A stretch of 64,000 bases of DNA from Candidatus Falkowbacteria bacterium (GTDB lineage: Bacteria > Patescibacteriota > Patescibacteriia > Patescibacteriales > UBA12465). Position 1 is the stretch's first letter, and each line of letters starts with the position of its first letter. Below are positions 29,413 to 39,585 of the stretch, piece after piece. Position numbers and translations under genes: made by a program. The stretch spans positions 191,395-255,394 of the forward strand of contig JBAXPN010000001.1 in assembly GCA_037132255.1 (NCBI GenBank). Direction: 5' to 3'. Below the pieces are notes generated by a model, which was not told where the DNA came from, searched no databases, and worked only from the letters and a program-made list of their open reading frames with translations.

Positions 29413-30459
29413 TTATTTGCGATTATCACGATCAGCCTTTTTCAAAGCACCAACAATTTCCGCAATATCACCATCCATAATTCTGATAATACTATGCCAA
29501 GAGATATTAATGCGATGATCGGTAACGCGATCCTGTGGAAAATTATAGGTACGAATTTTATCAGATCGATCGCCGTCACCAATTTGAGTTTTACGCGCAC
29601 TAGAGTCGGCTGCTAGACGCTCCGCCTCTTGTTTAGCAAGTAAGCGTGAGCGCAAAACCTGCAGAGCTTTCTCTTTATTTTGATGTTGAGATTTTTGATC
29701 TTGGCAAGAAACAGTTATCCCGGTTGGGATATGAACAATACGGATTGCCGAATAAGTTGTATTAACACATTGACCGCCAGGACCGCTTGAGCAAAAAGTA
29801 TCGATTCTAATTTCATTTGCTTTAATTTCAACATCTACTTCTTCCGCTTCAGGCAAAGCAACAACTGTCGCCGTTGATGTATGAACACGCCCTTGCTTCT
29901 CGGTTTCGGGAACACGCTGAACACGATGTGTCCCGGCCTCAAATTTAAGTAAACCGAAAGCGCCCTCGCCCTTAACGGCAAAAATAATTTCCTTATAGCC
30001 ACCAATACCGATTACAGATGAGTCGATTAAGCTTAATTTCCAGCCCTGGCGCTCACAGAAGCGTGAATACATTCGGAAGAGATCACCCGCGAAGAGAGCC
30101 GCCTCGTCACCACCGGCGCCAGCCCGAATTTCGATAATGGTATTCTTTTTATCATTAGGGCTTGAGGGATTAACCTCTTCGTCAATTTCTTCTTTTAGTT
30201 TTTCAACTTTTGCATTTAGTGTAATTAATTCCTCGCTTGCCATTGTTGCATACTCATTATTCGCCTCGGTTTTAAGAATTTCATTATTTTGTTCGATATC
30301 TTTTTCTGCTTTTTCCAAATCTAAAATAAGCGCGATTGCTCGCCTTAGACTGGCGTGCGCCTGAGAAACTTTAACAGTCTCCTTCGCATCTTTCAAAAGC
30401 TCGGGATCCATTAATTTTTGTTCTAGGTCGGCAAATTTTTGTTTTATCTCCTCAAACAT
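29413..30459 (-). CDS. prfA: Peptide chain release factor 1
   Basis: GGQ motif (SSGPGGQCVNTT) and a P-x-T (PET) tripeptide anticodon motif in RVQRVPETEKQGRVHTS, which is diagnostic of RF1 rather than RF2. Confidence 0.85.
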   Translation of the reverse strand: MFEEIKQKFADLEQKLMDPELLKDAKETVKVSQAHASLRRAIALILDLEKAEKDIEQNNEILKTEANNEYATMASEELITLNAKVEKLKEEIDEEVNPSSPNDKKNTIIEIRAGAGGDEAALFAGDLFRMYSRFCERQGWKLSLIDSSVIGIGGYKEIIFAVKGEGAFGLLKFEAGTHRVQRVPETEKQGRVHTSTATVVALPEAEEVDVEIKANEIRIDTFCSSGPGGQCVNTTYSAIRIVHIPTGITVSCQDQKSQHQNKEKALQVLRSRLLAKQEAERLAADSSARKTQIGDGDRSDKIRTYNFPQDRVTDHRINISWHSIIRIMDGDIAEIVGALKKADRDNRK

Positions 30460-30574
30460 ATTAATACGATTAATTCTTATCTATTATAGATGATTTACTT
30501 AACAAAAAAGCAATCTATTGTAACATTGTAGCATGTTAATACTACAAAATTAAAGTCGATTGCTTTTTATGAGG

Positions 30575-30907
30575 CTATTTTTTGTTTAATTTTACTTGAG
30601 CTATTTTTTTGATATCCTTGGTTTTAACAACCACTTCTTTCTTAGCACGAGCTTCCGCGCGCGCAGCACGCTTAACTTTCTTTCCTTTTACTTCTTTAAC
30701 GCTATCCTTAGCCTTAACTTTAGCTTCAAATTTTTCAACACGACGAGCCGTATCGACTAATTTTTGCTTACCAGTATAGAATGGATGGCAGGCAGAACAT
30801 AGTTCAACCTTAATTTCCGGTTCAGTCGAGCCGGTTGTAAAAGTGTTGCCACAAACGCAGATTACTTTGCAGTTGGGGTAATATTTTGGGTGGATGTCTT
30901 TCTTCAT
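30575..30907 (-). CDS. rpmE: 50S ribosomal protein L31 with a ~40-aa Lys/Ala-rich C-terminal extension
   Basis: [10 protein letters not shown]...CxC...C..CHPFYTG is the L31 zinc-ribbon signature. Total length is 110 aa, versus about 70 aa for a typical L31. Confidence 0.8.
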   Translation of the reverse strand: MKKDIHPKYYPNCKVICVCGNTFTTGSTEPEIKVELCSACHPFYTGKQKLVDTARRVEKFEAKVKAKDSVKEVKGKKVKRAARAEARAKKEVVVKTKDIKKIAQVKLNKK

Positions 30908-31037
30908 ATAAATAAAAAAAATTCTATTGATATTTAATAAAATTTGAACTATTGAATATCTTTAAATTATGGTAGTATTATGTTATCATAACTTTGAAAT
31001 TTAATCAAGAGTTGCCATAATACACTCCAGAAGACGT

Positions 31038-32471
31038 ATGACCAAAATAAGTAATATTGCTAAAAATACTTCATATTTAACTATAGCACTGATTTTTCAA
31101 AAAATCATTTCTTTTACCTACTTTACACTTTTGGCTCGTTATGTTGGTCCAGCTAATCTCGGTAAGTACTATTTTGCCTTATCTTTCACGACAATTTTTG
31201 CCATATTTATTGATCTTGGCTTCGCTAATGTCCTAACCAGGGAAGTGGCGAAGGATTCGTCTCGCGCTGAGACTTGGTTAGCCAATATACTATCATTAAA
31301 AGTTCCGCTCGCTTTTTTATCATTAGCAGCGGTTTTTATTTTAATAAATGTTCTTGGTTATGACCCTTTAACGCGTAATTTGGTTTATATCTGTTCTATC
31401 TGCATGGTGTTAGACTCGTTTACGGCCACATTTTTTTCCGTTGTTCGCGGCTTTCATAATTTAAAATATGAGAGCATTTCTTCAGTTATATTCCAGATTA
31501 TTGTTTTAACTATCGGCTATAGCGCCTTATTACTTGGTGGTGGTCTTATTCCAGCGATGTTCGCGCTAGCAATAGCGAGCGCTTATAATTTTATCTACGC
31601 GATAATCATTCTAAAAAATAAAATTAAAGTTGCGATTAAGCTTATTTACGATAAGCATCTGACCAAGGAAATAATCACCATCTCTTGGCCCTTTGCTGTC
31701 TACGCAATATTCCAACGACTGTATACATATTTAGATTCAGTATTTTTATCAGTGTTGGCCGGGGACGAACAGGTCGGATTATACCAAATTGCTTTTAAAA
31801 TTATATTTGCTTTACAATTTTTGCCCATGGCGTTCACAGCCTCGCTTTACCCGGCCATGAGTTCTTATTGGCATAATAACCGCGAGCAATTAATTATTTC
31901 CTTTGAGAGAGCTTTGAGTTATTTGATTATTATTTCGCTACCGATTATTGTCGGTGCAGTCGTTCTGGCTGACAAAATTATTTTATTATTCAAAGCTGGT
32001 TACGGCGGAGCTCTATTGCCTTTGCAAATATCGATTATTTCTCTATTTTTTATCTTTATTAATTTTCCCATCGGCTCTCTCCTTAACGCTTGTGATAAAC
32101 AAAGAAAGAATACCTTAAACATGGGAATCGTAACAATTACCAGTATTATCCTTAACTTATTATTAATTCCTCATTATCAAGCCGTCGGTGCCAGCGTAAC
32201 CGTTCTTATTACTAATGCCTTAATGTTCATTTTGGGAATATATTGGGTGAAAAAAATTATTCCTTATCGAGCAGCCAAAAATTTGTTGATCTTTACTAAG
32301 GTTCTCTTTGCCTGTTTAGTCATGGGTGTAATAATATATTTCGGAAAAAGTTATTTAAATGTTTTTGTCGCGACGATAATTGGTTCCTTAATTTATTTTA
32401 CTTTATTACTAGGGCTCGGAGCTTTCAAGCGAGCTGATCTAAATAGCATTCTACAATCATTTAAGCGTTAA
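31038..32471 (+). CDS. Polysaccharide biosynthesis protein / Wzx-like oligosaccharide flippase (MOP superfamily)
   Basis: About 12-14 TM helices and 477 aa. It sits at the head of a glycosyltransferase operon. Confidence 0.65.
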   Translation: MTKISNIAKNTSYLTIALIFQKIISFTYFTLLARYVGPANLGKYYFALSFTTIFAIFIDLGFANVLTREVAKDSSRAETWLANILSLKVPLAFLSLAAVFILINVLGYDPLTRNLVYICSICMVLDSFTATFFSVVRGFHNLKYESISSVIFQIIVLTIGYSALLLGGGLIPAMFALAIASAYNFIYAIIILKNKIKVAIKLIYDKHLTKEIITISWPFAVYAIFQRLYTYLDSVFLSVLAGDEQVGLYQIAFKIIFALQFLPMAFTASLYPAMSSYWHNNREQLIISFERALSYLIIISLPIIVGAVVLADKIILLFKAGYGGALLPLQISIISLFFIFINFPIGSLLNACDKQRKNTLNMGIVTITSIILNLLLIPHYQAVGASVTVLITNALMFILGIYWVKKIIPYRAAKNLLIFTKVLFACLVMGVIIYFGKSYLNVFVATIIGSLIYFTLLLGLGAFKRADLNSILQSFKR

Positions 32472-32474
32472 TAT

Positions 32475-33557
32475 ATGAAAACTCTCTTATTTACTTTAGA
32501 ATATCCACCATTTCATGGTGGCGTCGCAAATTATTACGGTAATTTGGCGAAGTACTGGCCAATCTCAGAAAAAATGAGCATTCTTAACAATGATAAGGGC
32601 GAGCTTAGTCGCGGCACTGGCTTTTTTTCCTGGTGGCCAGCCCTGTTCTCTCTATATAGAAAATTGAGCAGGGAAGAATTTGAGTCATTACTAGTTGGTC
32701 AAATTCTACCATTGGGAACAGTCGCCTATTTAATATCACGTCTTATCCCGATAAAATATACCGTTTTTTTGCACGGCATGGATTTTGCCTTAGCAATTAA
32801 AACGCCATGGAAACAATTTTTAAGTAAATTAATACTTCGTCGGGCCGATAAAATTATTTGTGCTAATAGTTATGTACGGGATAGATTAATTGAATTTCTT
32901 CCTGAGTCTTCAATCAAAACTAGAATTGTTAATCCTGGAATCGAAGGTGGAGCACCTGAAATAGACGCCAAAGATATTGCGGAAATTAAAAATGAGTATC
33001 ATCTGGAAAATAAAACAGTTTTACTCAGTCTTGGCCGCTTAGTTAAAAGAAAGGGAGTCGACATGACTATAGACGCCTTGGCCTTGATTCCCGAAGAAGA
33101 AAGTAAAAATTTAATGTATTTTATCGCCGGCGCCGGTCCGCGTGAGGAATTTCTAAAAAAATTAGTTCCGCCAAGATTACTCGACAAAATTATTTTTCTC
33201 GGTAGCTTAAATGATCAAGAAAAATGGACCTGGCTAAAAATATGCGATATTTTTGTTATGCCTTCACGCGATATTTCTGGAGACTTCGAGGGTTTCGGTA
33301 TCGTTTATCTTGAAGCTAACTTAAGTGGTAAGCCTGTCATTGCCGGTAATTCCGGAGGTGTCCGCGACGCTGTCGTTGATGGAGTAACGGGCATAATGGT
33401 TGATCCCGAAAGGATAGAGGAAATTAAAGAAACAATAGTCACTCTTGTTAAAAATCCAGAATTAAGAAATAAGCTAGGACATGACGGAAAAATGCGCGCC
33501 ATGGAAGATTTTGATTGGGAAAACCAAGCTATTAAGGTTTGGCAATTTATAAAATAA
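32475..33557 (+). CDS. Glycosyltransferase family 4
   Basis: FEGFGIVYLEANLSGKPVIAGNSGG motif. Confidence 0.7.
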   Translation: MKTLLFTLEYPPFHGGVANYYGNLAKYWPISEKMSILNNDKGELSRGTGFFSWWPALFSLYRKLSREEFESLLVGQILPLGTVAYLISRLIPIKYTVFLHGMDFALAIKTPWKQFLSKLILRRADKIICANSYVRDRLIEFLPESSIKTRIVNPGIEGGAPEIDAKDIAEIKNEYHLENKTVLLSLGRLVKRKGVDMTIDALALIPEEESKNLMYFIAGAGPREEFLKKLVPPRLLDKIIFLGSLNDQEKWTWLKICDIFVMPSRDISGDFEGFGIVYLEANLSGKPVIAGNSGGVRDAVVDGVTGIMVDPERIEEIKETIVTLVKNPELRNKLGHDGKMRAMEDFDWENQAIKVWQFIK

Positions 33558-33563
33558 TAAATT

Positions 33564-34265
33564 ATGATTTCGATAATAATACCGGTTTATAACCAAGCTA
33601 CAAAATTAATTAAAACACTAGAGAGTATTAATAATCAGAGCTACCAAGAGTTTGAAGTAATAATTGTTAATGATGGTTCTAGTGATGGCGTTGAAATTCT
33701 TTGTGGCAATTATTTGAATAAGTTAGGCTCAACGAACTCTTATCTTTTTTTAAACCAAACAAATCATGGTGCCCCTGCAGCCCGCAACCGTGGTTATGTG
33801 CAAGCTAAAGGTAATTATTTATTTTTTTGCGATGCCGACGCGATACTGCACCCGCAAGCTTTAGAAATACTTCTTAAAACATTAGAAGCAAACCCAAATG
33901 TAAGTTACGCTTACTCTTCATTTTTATGGGGAAAGAAATTATTTAAACTTGGCGAATTTGACGCAGAGAAATTACAGAGCATGCCGTATATCCATACCAT
34001 GTCTTTAATTCGACGCTCCGATTATACTCCGACTGGTTGGGATGAAAGCATTACGAAACTTCAAGACTGGGATTTGTGGCTTACAATGCTTGAACAGGGA
34101 AGAATCGGCATATTCGTTTCTGAAGTCTTATTCACGGTAACGCCCGGCGGAACAATCAGCACTTGGCTTCCGGCTGTTGCTTACAAATATTTACCTTTTT
34201 TATCGCAAGTTAAGAAATATAAAAGAGCATTAAAAATTGTTAAAGACAAACATGGCCTTAAATAA
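33564..34265 (+). CDS. Glycosyltransferase family 2 (GT-A)
   Basis: N-terminal ISIIIPVYN, then ...VNDGSSDG... and a DAD (DxD-type) motif in FFCDADAIL. Confidence 0.7.
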   Translation: MISIIIPVYNQATKLIKTLESINNQSYQEFEVIIVNDGSSDGVEILCGNYLNKLGSTNSYLFLNQTNHGAPAARNRGYVQAKGNYLFFCDADAILHPQALEILLKTLEANPNVSYAYSSFLWGKKLFKLGEFDAEKLQSMPYIHTMSLIRRSDYTPTGWDESITKLQDWDLWLTMLEQGRIGIFVSEVLFTVTPGGTISTWLPAVAYKYLPFLSQVKKYKRALKIVKDKHGLK

Positions 34266-34725
34266 CAAAAAACGATATTTTATAATTTTACTGGTGTTAA
34301 TTGTATTTATTTTTATTGTAATTTACAGTACTTTTCGAGTTACAAATAAAAATATAAATACTAAATATTCAGTTCGAATTAATAATATTAAAATTGCCAT
34401 TGAGGTCGCATCAAGTCCGCTGCAACAATACCTTGGTTTAAGTAACCGTGAATCATTGTGCCCTAATTGTGGAATGTTGTTTATATTTAAAGATAAAGAA
34501 GAGCAGATATTTGTCATGCGGGATATGAAATTTCCGCTTGATATCGTTTTTATTGATGACAATAAAATTATCAATATTGAAAATAACTTAGTCCCCGAAG
34601 GGGATAAACCGAAAATGCTATACAAAAGTTTAACGCCCTCAAATCGAGTACTTGAATTACCTGGCGGCTTTTGTGAACAAAATAAGATTAAAGCTGGAGA
34701 CGCAGTAAATATTTTTGAGAATTGA
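34237..34725 (+). CDS. DUF192-family protein (COG1430)
   Basis: Signal anchor plus ...MLFIFKDKEEQIFVMRDMKFPLDIVFIDDNKII..., typical of DUF192. Confidence 0.6.
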   Translation: MLKTNMALNNKKRYFIILLVLIVFIFIVIYSTFRVTNKNINTKYSVRINNIKIAIEVASSPLQQYLGLSNRESLCPNCGMLFIFKDKEEQIFVMRDMKFPLDIVFIDDNKIINIENNLVPEGDKPKMLYKSLTPSNRVLELPGGFCEQNKIKAGDAVNIFEN

Positions 34726-36197
34726 CTATGAATAGCCTAAATATAAAAACAAAAATCGCCATTTACTTGGGAATTATAATTATCCTCGAATTTTTGTCTT
34801 ACGCTTCATTATTATCACAAAATCTAAGTGCACTTATTTTTATTATAATTATTACCGCTAGTTTAGCACTTACAGTATATCGTTTAGAATATGGCTTATT
34901 AGTTGTAATTGCCGAACTTTTAGTCGGTTCAATGGGGCATTTATTTATGCTTCATATTTCTGACCAACAAATTTCTATTAGAATTTGCCTTTGGTTTATT
35001 ACTTTAACAATTTTTTTCCTGAAGTTTATTGGACAAATTATTTGCGACGGAAAGGAATCAAAATATCTAAAAGCGCTCCTGAGTTTTTCCGGAGCTAAAT
35101 ATTTTATAATTCTGGCCATCTTTGCGTTTATTGGTCTCATAAACGCATTGCTACGCGGACAGCAATTAAATTTAATCGTCAGTGACTTTAATTCTTGGTT
35201 ATATTGGTTACTAATGCTTCCCGCAATTGTAACTTTTTCGGGCGATAGTAAAAAAAGTTTTGAAAATTTGAAAACAATTTTTTTGAGCGCTACAATCTGG
35301 CTAAGCTTAAAAACCTTAATTTTGCTTTACATCTTTACCCATAATTTAGTAATCGCGCCTGATGTTTATCTCTGGCTGCGTAAAACTTTAGTCGGGGAAA
35401 TGACCCCAACTTTATCTGGCTGGCCACGCATATTTATTCAAGGGCAAATATTTTCCGGCGTTGCCTTGTTTTTAACATTTTGGCTTAACAATAAAAGATT
35501 GAAAAATATTTCCAGCTTACTATTGGGGGCCGTATTTTCCAGCGCTCTTCTTATTAGCTTTTCTCGAAGTTTTTGGGTAGCCCTAATTGTCTCCATAATA
35601 TTTAGTTTAATAATTATTTGGCGTCTTTACTATTTTAAGGCTGCGCTAAAGAGTGCGCTTTGGTTCGCAATTAGTTTTTCGCTTGGCTTAGTCTTAATTA
35701 TTTTAGTTGCTATTTTTCCATACCCTGAGTCGGGGAAATTTAATGCTGATTTTATTAGTCGCGTTAGCAACGGAAATGAGGCGGCGCTTGCTTCTCGTTG
35801 GTCGCTATTACCGATATTAACGCAGGAAATAAAAAAAGAGCCCTTCTTTGGTCAGGGCTTCGGGGCAACTATCACCTATAAATCGAGTGATCCGCGCGTA
35901 TTAGAGAATGACCCGAGTGGTAAATACACGACCTACGCCTTTGAATGGGGCTATCTTGATTTATGGCTAAAAATTGGGCTCTTTGGCCTCTTGGCCTATC
36001 TTTTTTTAATATTATATTTAACAAATAAAGCAATTAAATATGGAGCTAAAAATAGCGATTATTTACTTTTAGGTCTGGCTGCAAGTTTCGTATTTTTAGC
36101 TATTACAAACATCTTTACGCCCTACTTAAATCATCCATTAGGGATGGGAATTCTGCTTATCGGGGCTTGTCTAATTCGAAAAGATAGGGTATATTAA
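34722..36197 (+). CDS. O-antigen ligase (Wzy_C)-like polytopic membrane protein
   Basis: About 12 TM helices with a large extracytoplasmic loop near the C-terminal third. It lies in the glycan operon. Confidence 0.5.
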   Translation: MTMNSLNIKTKIAIYLGIIIILEFLSYASLLSQNLSALIFIIIITASLALTVYRLEYGLLVVIAELLVGSMGHLFMLHISDQQISIRICLWFITLTIFFLKFIGQIICDGKESKYLKALLSFSGAKYFIILAIFAFIGLINALLRGQQLNLIVSDFNSWLYWLLMLPAIVTFSGDSKKSFENLKTIFLSATIWLSLKTLILLYIFTHNLVIAPDVYLWLRKTLVGEMTPTLSGWPRIFIQGQIFSGVALFLTFWLNNKRLKNISSLLLGAVFSSALLISFSRSFWVALIVSIIFSLIIIWRLYYFKAALKSALWFAISFSLGLVLIILVAIFPYPESGKFNADFISRVSNGNEAALASRWSLLPILTQEIKKEPFFGQGFGATITYKSSDPRVLENDPSGKYTTYAFEWGYLDLWLKIGLFGLLAYLFLILYLTNKAIKYGAKNSDYLLLGLAASFVFLAITNIFTPYLNHPLGMGILLIGACLIRKDRVY

Positions 36198-36231
36198 AAA
36201 TTAACTAATCTTCAATAAATAAAATAAAATT

Positions 36232-36690
36232 ATGAACGAGCAAATCATCTCACAAGAGGGTTACGATAAATTAAAAGACGAGTTAACCCTACTTACAACC
36301 GTAAAACGAAAAGATATTGCCGAAAGAATTGAGCGGGCCAAGGAATTAGGTGATTTAAGTGAGAATGCCGAATATAGCGAAGCTAAAGATGCTCAGGCTT
36401 TAAACGAAGGTAGAGTACTTGAACTAACTAATACCTTAAAGAACGTCACCGTTGTTCAACACGAAGATTCAAATGAACAAGTTGTCATGGGTTCAAAAGT
36501 AACAGTAAAAACTGGTGACAAGGAAAAACAATACACCATCGTTAGTTTTAATGAGGCCGACCCCTTGGATGGTAAAATCTCAAATGAATCTCCGCTCGGA
36601 GTAGCATTCTTAAACAAGAAGAAGGGAACATCTGTTGAGGTTGAGACTCCAAAAGGATTAGTAAAATATAAAATCTTAAAAATCGAATAA
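36232..36690 (+). CDS. greA: Transcription elongation factor GreA
   Basis: N-terminal coiled coil with the acidic tip ...LGDLSENAEYSEAKD... and a C-terminal FKBP-like domain. Confidence 0.85.
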   Translation: MNEQIISQEGYDKLKDELTLLTTVKRKDIAERIERAKELGDLSENAEYSEAKDAQALNEGRVLELTNTLKNVTVVQHEDSNEQVVMGSKVTVKTGDKEKQYTIVSFNEADPLDGKISNESPLGVAFLNKKKGTSVEVETPKGLVKYKILKIE

Positions 36691-36698
36691 AGGAATTT

Positions 36699-38189
36699 AT
36701 GTCCGAGAAGAAAGAGATTGAGCAGAAAACTGCGGCGCCAGTTAGCGAACGCGGCGATAGAATTAAAAAATTAGAAGAGCTTATTAAAGCTGGAATAAAT
36801 CCATATCCGGCTAAAGTTAAGCGTGATTTTGAAATTAAAGAAATTATCAAAAATTTTGATTCATTATCCGAGTCTCAAAAAGAATTTTATATTGTCGGAC
36901 GACTGCGTTCAAAACGTGAACATGGTAATTTAGCCTTTGCGAATCTCGAAGATGCATCAGGCACAATCCAATTAGCATTTTCAAAAAAAGATTTAGGTGT
37001 TGATTTGTATAAAAATTTTTTAAAGTTGATTGATATCGCTGATTTTATTCAGATTCAGGGGGCATCTTTCTTGACTCATAAAGGTGAGAAGAGCGTCATG
37101 GTGAAAGATTGGCAATTGCTCTCAAAAGCATTGCGACCGATTCCGGATTCTTGGTACGGGCTAAAGGATGAAGATGAAAAGATGCGTAAGCGCTATCTTG
37201 ATTTACTACTTAATCCCGAACTTCGTGATTTATTCTATAAAAAATCTCTATTTTGGGAAGTTACTCGCGATTTCATGAAAAAGCGTGGATTTTTTGAAGT
37301 CGAAACTCCAACTATCGAAGTAACAACAGGAGGTGCTGAAGCTAATCCATTTAAAACTCATCACGACGATTTTGATCTCGATGTTTATTTAAGAATATCC
37401 GTCGGTGAACTTTGGCAGAAAAGATTAATGGCGGCCGGTTATGAAAAAGTTTTTGAAATTGGTCGCGTTTACCGCAACGAGGGGTCTAGCCCTGATCATC
37501 TTCAAGAATTCACCAACATGGAATTCTACTGGGCCTACGCTGATTATGAAATGGGCATGAAATTAACCCAAGAACTATATCAAGAAATTGCGCAAAAAGT
37601 TTTCGGCACCATGAAATTTAAAACGAAAGGTTTTTCATATGATTTATCAGGCGAGTGGCCAAGAATAGATTATTGTGAAGAAGTTTTAAAACAGACTGGA
37701 ATTAATATTTTAAAAGCGAGTGAAAAAGAAATGGCCTCAAAGCTCGATGAATTAAAAGTTAAATACGAGGGAACTAATCGCGAACGCTTAATGGACTCTC
37801 TCTGGAAATATTGTCGTAAAAGTATTTCTGGCCCGGTATTTCTTATTAACCATCCAAAACTCGTAAGCCCCTTATCGAAAGCAAAAACTGACAACCCGGA
37901 ACTAACTGAACGTTTCCAAGTAATAATTGCTGGCAGCGAACTCTGTAATGGTTTCTCCGAATTAAATGACCCTATTGATCAGAACAACAGATTTAAAGAA
38001 CAACAAAAACTAATTGATCGCGGCGATAAAGAAGCGATGATGCCAGATTTTGAATTTGTCGAAATGCTTGAACATGGCATGCCACCAACTTGTGGTTTTG
38101 GCTTTGGAGAAAGACTATTCGCCTTCTTAGTTGATAAACCAATCAGAGAAACCACGCTATTCCCGCTGATGAAACCAAAATTAGACTAA
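36699..38189 (+). CDS. lysS: Lysine--tRNA ligase (class II)
   Basis: N-terminal OB anticodon-binding domain, class II motifs 1-3, ...FEVETP... and ...GFGFGERL.... Confidence 0.9.
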   Translation: MSEKKEIEQKTAAPVSERGDRIKKLEELIKAGINPYPAKVKRDFEIKEIIKNFDSLSESQKEFYIVGRLRSKREHGNLAFANLEDASGTIQLAFSKKDLGVDLYKNFLKLIDIADFIQIQGASFLTHKGEKSVMVKDWQLLSKALRPIPDSWYGLKDEDEKMRKRYLDLLLNPELRDLFYKKSLFWEVTRDFMKKRGFFEVETPTIEVTTGGAEANPFKTHHDDFDLDVYLRISVGELWQKRLMAAGYEKVFEIGRVYRNEGSSPDHLQEFTNMEFYWAYADYEMGMKLTQELYQEIAQKVFGTMKFKTKGFSYDLSGEWPRIDYCEEVLKQTGINILKASEKEMASKLDELKVKYEGTNRERLMDSLWKYCRKSISGPVFLINHPKLVSPLSKAKTDNPELTERFQVIIAGSELCNGFSELNDPIDQNNRFKEQQKLIDRGDKEAMMPDFEFVEMLEHGMPPTCGFGFGERLFAFLVDKPIRETTLFPLMKPKLD

Positions 38190-38190
38190 G

Positions 38191-38631
38191 ATGAGACTTT
38201 GGAGTATTAGCCCTATATATTTAGATACTAAGGGGCTATTGGCTGTATGGCGCGAAGCCTTGCTGGCGAAAAAAGTTCTCGAAGGAAATACTAATGGTTA
38301 TAAGAACCATCCGCAATTAATAAGGTTTAAGGAAAGCAAAGATACCGAAGCTAATATTAACGCTTACTTGTTTGGCATCTATTTAGAAGCCGAGTCTCGC
38401 GGATATAAGTTTTCTGCAGACAAGATTAAGACCTTGAAAATTTTAAATAAAAAGATTAAGGTAAATAAAGATCAGCTAGATTACGAATTTTCACATTTAC
38501 TTAATAAGTTAAAGGCTAGAGATACAAAAAAATATAGAGAGATTAAAGATATTAAACGGCCGGAAGCCCATTTTTTATTTGAAGAAATACCAGGCGGAGT
38601 AGAGAAGTGGGAAATAGTTAAGGACAATTGA
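38191..38631 (+). CDS. Pyrimidine-dimer DNA glycosylase (T4 endonuclease V-like) family protein
   Basis: The N-terminus MRLWSISPIYLDTKGLLAVWREALLA aligns with T4 endoV (T)[25 protein letters not shown], including the catalytic Glu in (Y/W)RE. This is recalled from memory, not searched. Confidence 0.55.
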   Translation: MRLWSISPIYLDTKGLLAVWREALLAKKVLEGNTNGYKNHPQLIRFKESKDTEANINAYLFGIYLEAESRGYKFSADKIKTLKILNKKIKVNKDQLDYEFSHLLNKLKARDTKKYREIKDIKRPEAHFLFEEIPGGVEKWEIVKDN

Positions 38632-38637
38632 ATACAT

Positions 38638-38708
38638 TCGGGGATCGTCTAACGGTAGGACAACAGGTTCTGGTCCTGTTTATTGGGGTTCGAATCCCTA
38701 TCCCCGAG
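38638..38708 (+). tRNA. tRNA-Gln (anticodon CUG)
   Basis: TCGGGGA acceptor (U1:A72, typical of bacterial Gln), anticodon arm ACAGG-TTCTGGT-CCTGT giving anticodon CTG, and T-arm TGGGG-TTCGAAT-CCCTA. No CCA is encoded. Confidence 0.85.
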
Positions 38709-38847
38709 CACTGAAGAAAAATCGCTTTTATTGATGATTTCACCGAAGGATTATGATAATTTTTTCAATAAATTAAGAAATGGTAAATGGAATGATTTTG
38801 TTTCTACCCTGGAAATTGACTTAGAACAAATATAAAAAAACTCTAAC

Positions 38848-39558
38848 ATGAGCTTAAAATCCTTTATTGATAATTGGAAAAAGAAACGGATAGAGAGAGC
38901 CGCGGAACAGAAACGCCTAAAGGATCTTTTCGAAAAGTTTTTAGTTGAAACACGACCATTAGCTCCTAAAGCACCAAAATATCATGAGGCAGCAATCCTT
39001 CGTTATGCTTGGAAGCGAGCTGTTATCCTTAGCTTTTTATTTGAAGATATTCCAAATTCAGAAAAAAATTATCTATATCGAAATTTTGCACAAATTGCAT
39101 CAAGAAAATATAATCGTATCGCACCAGAAAATGCCTATGGTAAAGTTAGGCTAAGTATTGAGCAAAATGCAGCCATGAAACTTTTTGAAAAGGAAAAGGG
39201 AATGCTTTTTCCTCAAAAAGTGGCGTCGGCTTATTCTCGAGAACTCGCCTGTATCTACTTGGGGACCGATGATCAAGGCAAATGTTATATTGGACAAACA
39301 TTAGGAGCTCCAGAGTTTCGCTGGGTGCAACATAGGGCGGGCAATACAGGACCCTTTAAAAAGGGCGCTACTTATGTTAAATGGGAAGTTTTAGAGCGTA
39401 ACGTAGACCCCTTTGACTTGAATAAAAAAGAAGCTTACTATATTGGTCTTTACAATTCATTAACAGATGGTCATAACGATAATCGGGGTAATGATTTTGA
39501 AGCTTATGAAAAGGGTCTCAGTGAGAATCGTATAAAAAATATCGGAACTATAGCCTAA
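38848..39558 (+). CDS. GIY-YIG nuclease-domain protein with an unknown N-terminal domain
   Basis: ACIYLGTDDQGKCYIGQT is GIY-x9-YIG. It is followed by the conserved Arg (EFRWVQHR) and ...YYIGLYNS.... The gene lies 140 bp downstream of tRNA-Gln. Confidence 0.6.
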   Translation: MSLKSFIDNWKKKRIERAAEQKRLKDLFEKFLVETRPLAPKAPKYHEAAILRYAWKRAVILSFLFEDIPNSEKNYLYRNFAQIASRKYNRIAPENAYGKVRLSIEQNAAMKLFEKEKGMLFPQKVASAYSRELACIYLGTDDQGKCYIGQTLGAPEFRWVQHRAGNTGPFKKGATYVKWEVLERNVDPFDLNKKEAYYIGLYNSLTDGHNDNRGNDFEAYEKGLSENRIKNIGTIA

Positions 39559-39585
39559 TTATTTGATAATTTTTATTTTAAAAAT

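Noticed and set aside
38709-38847. 33-aa ORF (MISPKDYDNFFNKLRNGKWNDFVSTLEIDLEQI) between tRNA-Gln and the GIY-YIG gene
   Set aside because: It is too short and has no Shine-Dalgarno sequence or conservation evidence. It is mentioned only because it lies in the putative islet's leader.
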